32,000 nt of DNA, taken from contig NZ_LT934425.1 of the NCBI RefSeq assembly GCF_900232105.1, positions 2,130,001 to 2,162,000 of the forward strand, in the 5' to 3' direction. Origin of the DNA: Candidatus Kuenenia stuttgartensis (GTDB lineage: Bacteria > Planctomycetota > Brocadiia > Brocadiales > Brocadiaceae). The notes below the pieces were generated by a model, which had not been told where the DNA came from, searched no databases, and saw only the letters and a list, made by a program, of their open reading frames with translations. Shown here one piece after another: positions 31,819 to 32,000 of the stretch (its first letter is position 1; each line of letters begins with the position of its first letter). A program made the position numbers and the translations under genes.

Positions 31819-32000
31819 TTAGGTGCGCTCGAAGTATTTTGATATCTGTGTTTTTCGGATTCTTGTATTTTCTGCTAAAGAACAAGCAATGTCATTCCAG
31901 CACTTAAGAACTTCCTGTAATGATAACGCTGGTTCTATAGCCCGTTTTACTTGATTAAGCATAAAAGCAAATTCACGCCATTTGCTTTTAGTCTTCTTGC
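31819..32000 (-). CDS. 3' end of an unidentified minus-strand gene running off the window
   Basis: The reverse strand reads KKTKSKWREFAFMLNQVKRAIEPALSLQEVLKCWNDIACSLAENTRIRKTQISKYFERT* with no stop for 60 codons. It is not in the ORF track because no start lies inside the window. Confidence 0.35.
   Translation of the reverse strand, partial: KKTKSKWREFAFMLNQVKRAIEPALSLQEVLKCWNDIACSLAENTRIRKTQISKYFERT

Overview
This 32-kb window is a heavily rearranged accessory surface-glycan locus from an AT-rich bacterium; the organism cannot be identified from the sequence alone.

Core operon: a tightly packed + strand operon (8621..21227) encodes a 5,7-diamino nonulosonic-acid pathway (pseudaminic/legionaminic type, SpsE/F/G-like). 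It comprises an NDP-sugar 4,6-dehydratase, nucleotidyltransferase, DegT aminotransferase, PIG-L deacetylase, WbqC, formyltransferase, NeuB-like synthase, cytidylyltransferase and PseG-like hydrolase. Unusual tailoring genes follow: a radical-SAM/SPASM enzyme, a SAM methyltransferase and a PAPS-type sulfotransferase. After these come a three-domain putative transferase (GNGPS/DUF115-like + methyltransferase + TPR) and a GT2-TPR glycosyltransferase.

Disruptions: the first pathway gene is cleanly split by an IS1634-family element. Two other places in the locus carry insertions bracketed by long, diverged direct duplications of the interrupted genes. One insertion carries a DUF4365 nuclease-fold gene. 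The other carries an Rpn-family gene, a small orphan antitoxin-like ORF and a DUF6516/TumE-like pair.

Flanking features: two directly oriented Rpn-family (YhgA-like PD-(D/E)XK) paralogues lie 25 kb apart and bracket most of the window. One is split by an ISAzo13-family IS whose transposase needs a -1 shift at an A9 run. Both keep an internal SD+ATG that could express a small C-terminal (RpnS-like) product. Between Rpn copy 1 and the glycan operon sits a compositionally mosaic block (4686..8375) of three stand-alone PD-(D/E)XK/Mrr-like nuclease-fold genes plus a single-pass membrane protein, a candidate defence island. Several MITE-like elements with identifiable TIRs and target duplications, a family of TGTAG-headed hairpins, a HicAB-like pair and a GC-rich, probably foreign gene complete the window.

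No rRNA, tRNA or CRISPR array was found. All family assignments are motif-level readings of the supplied translations, not database searches.
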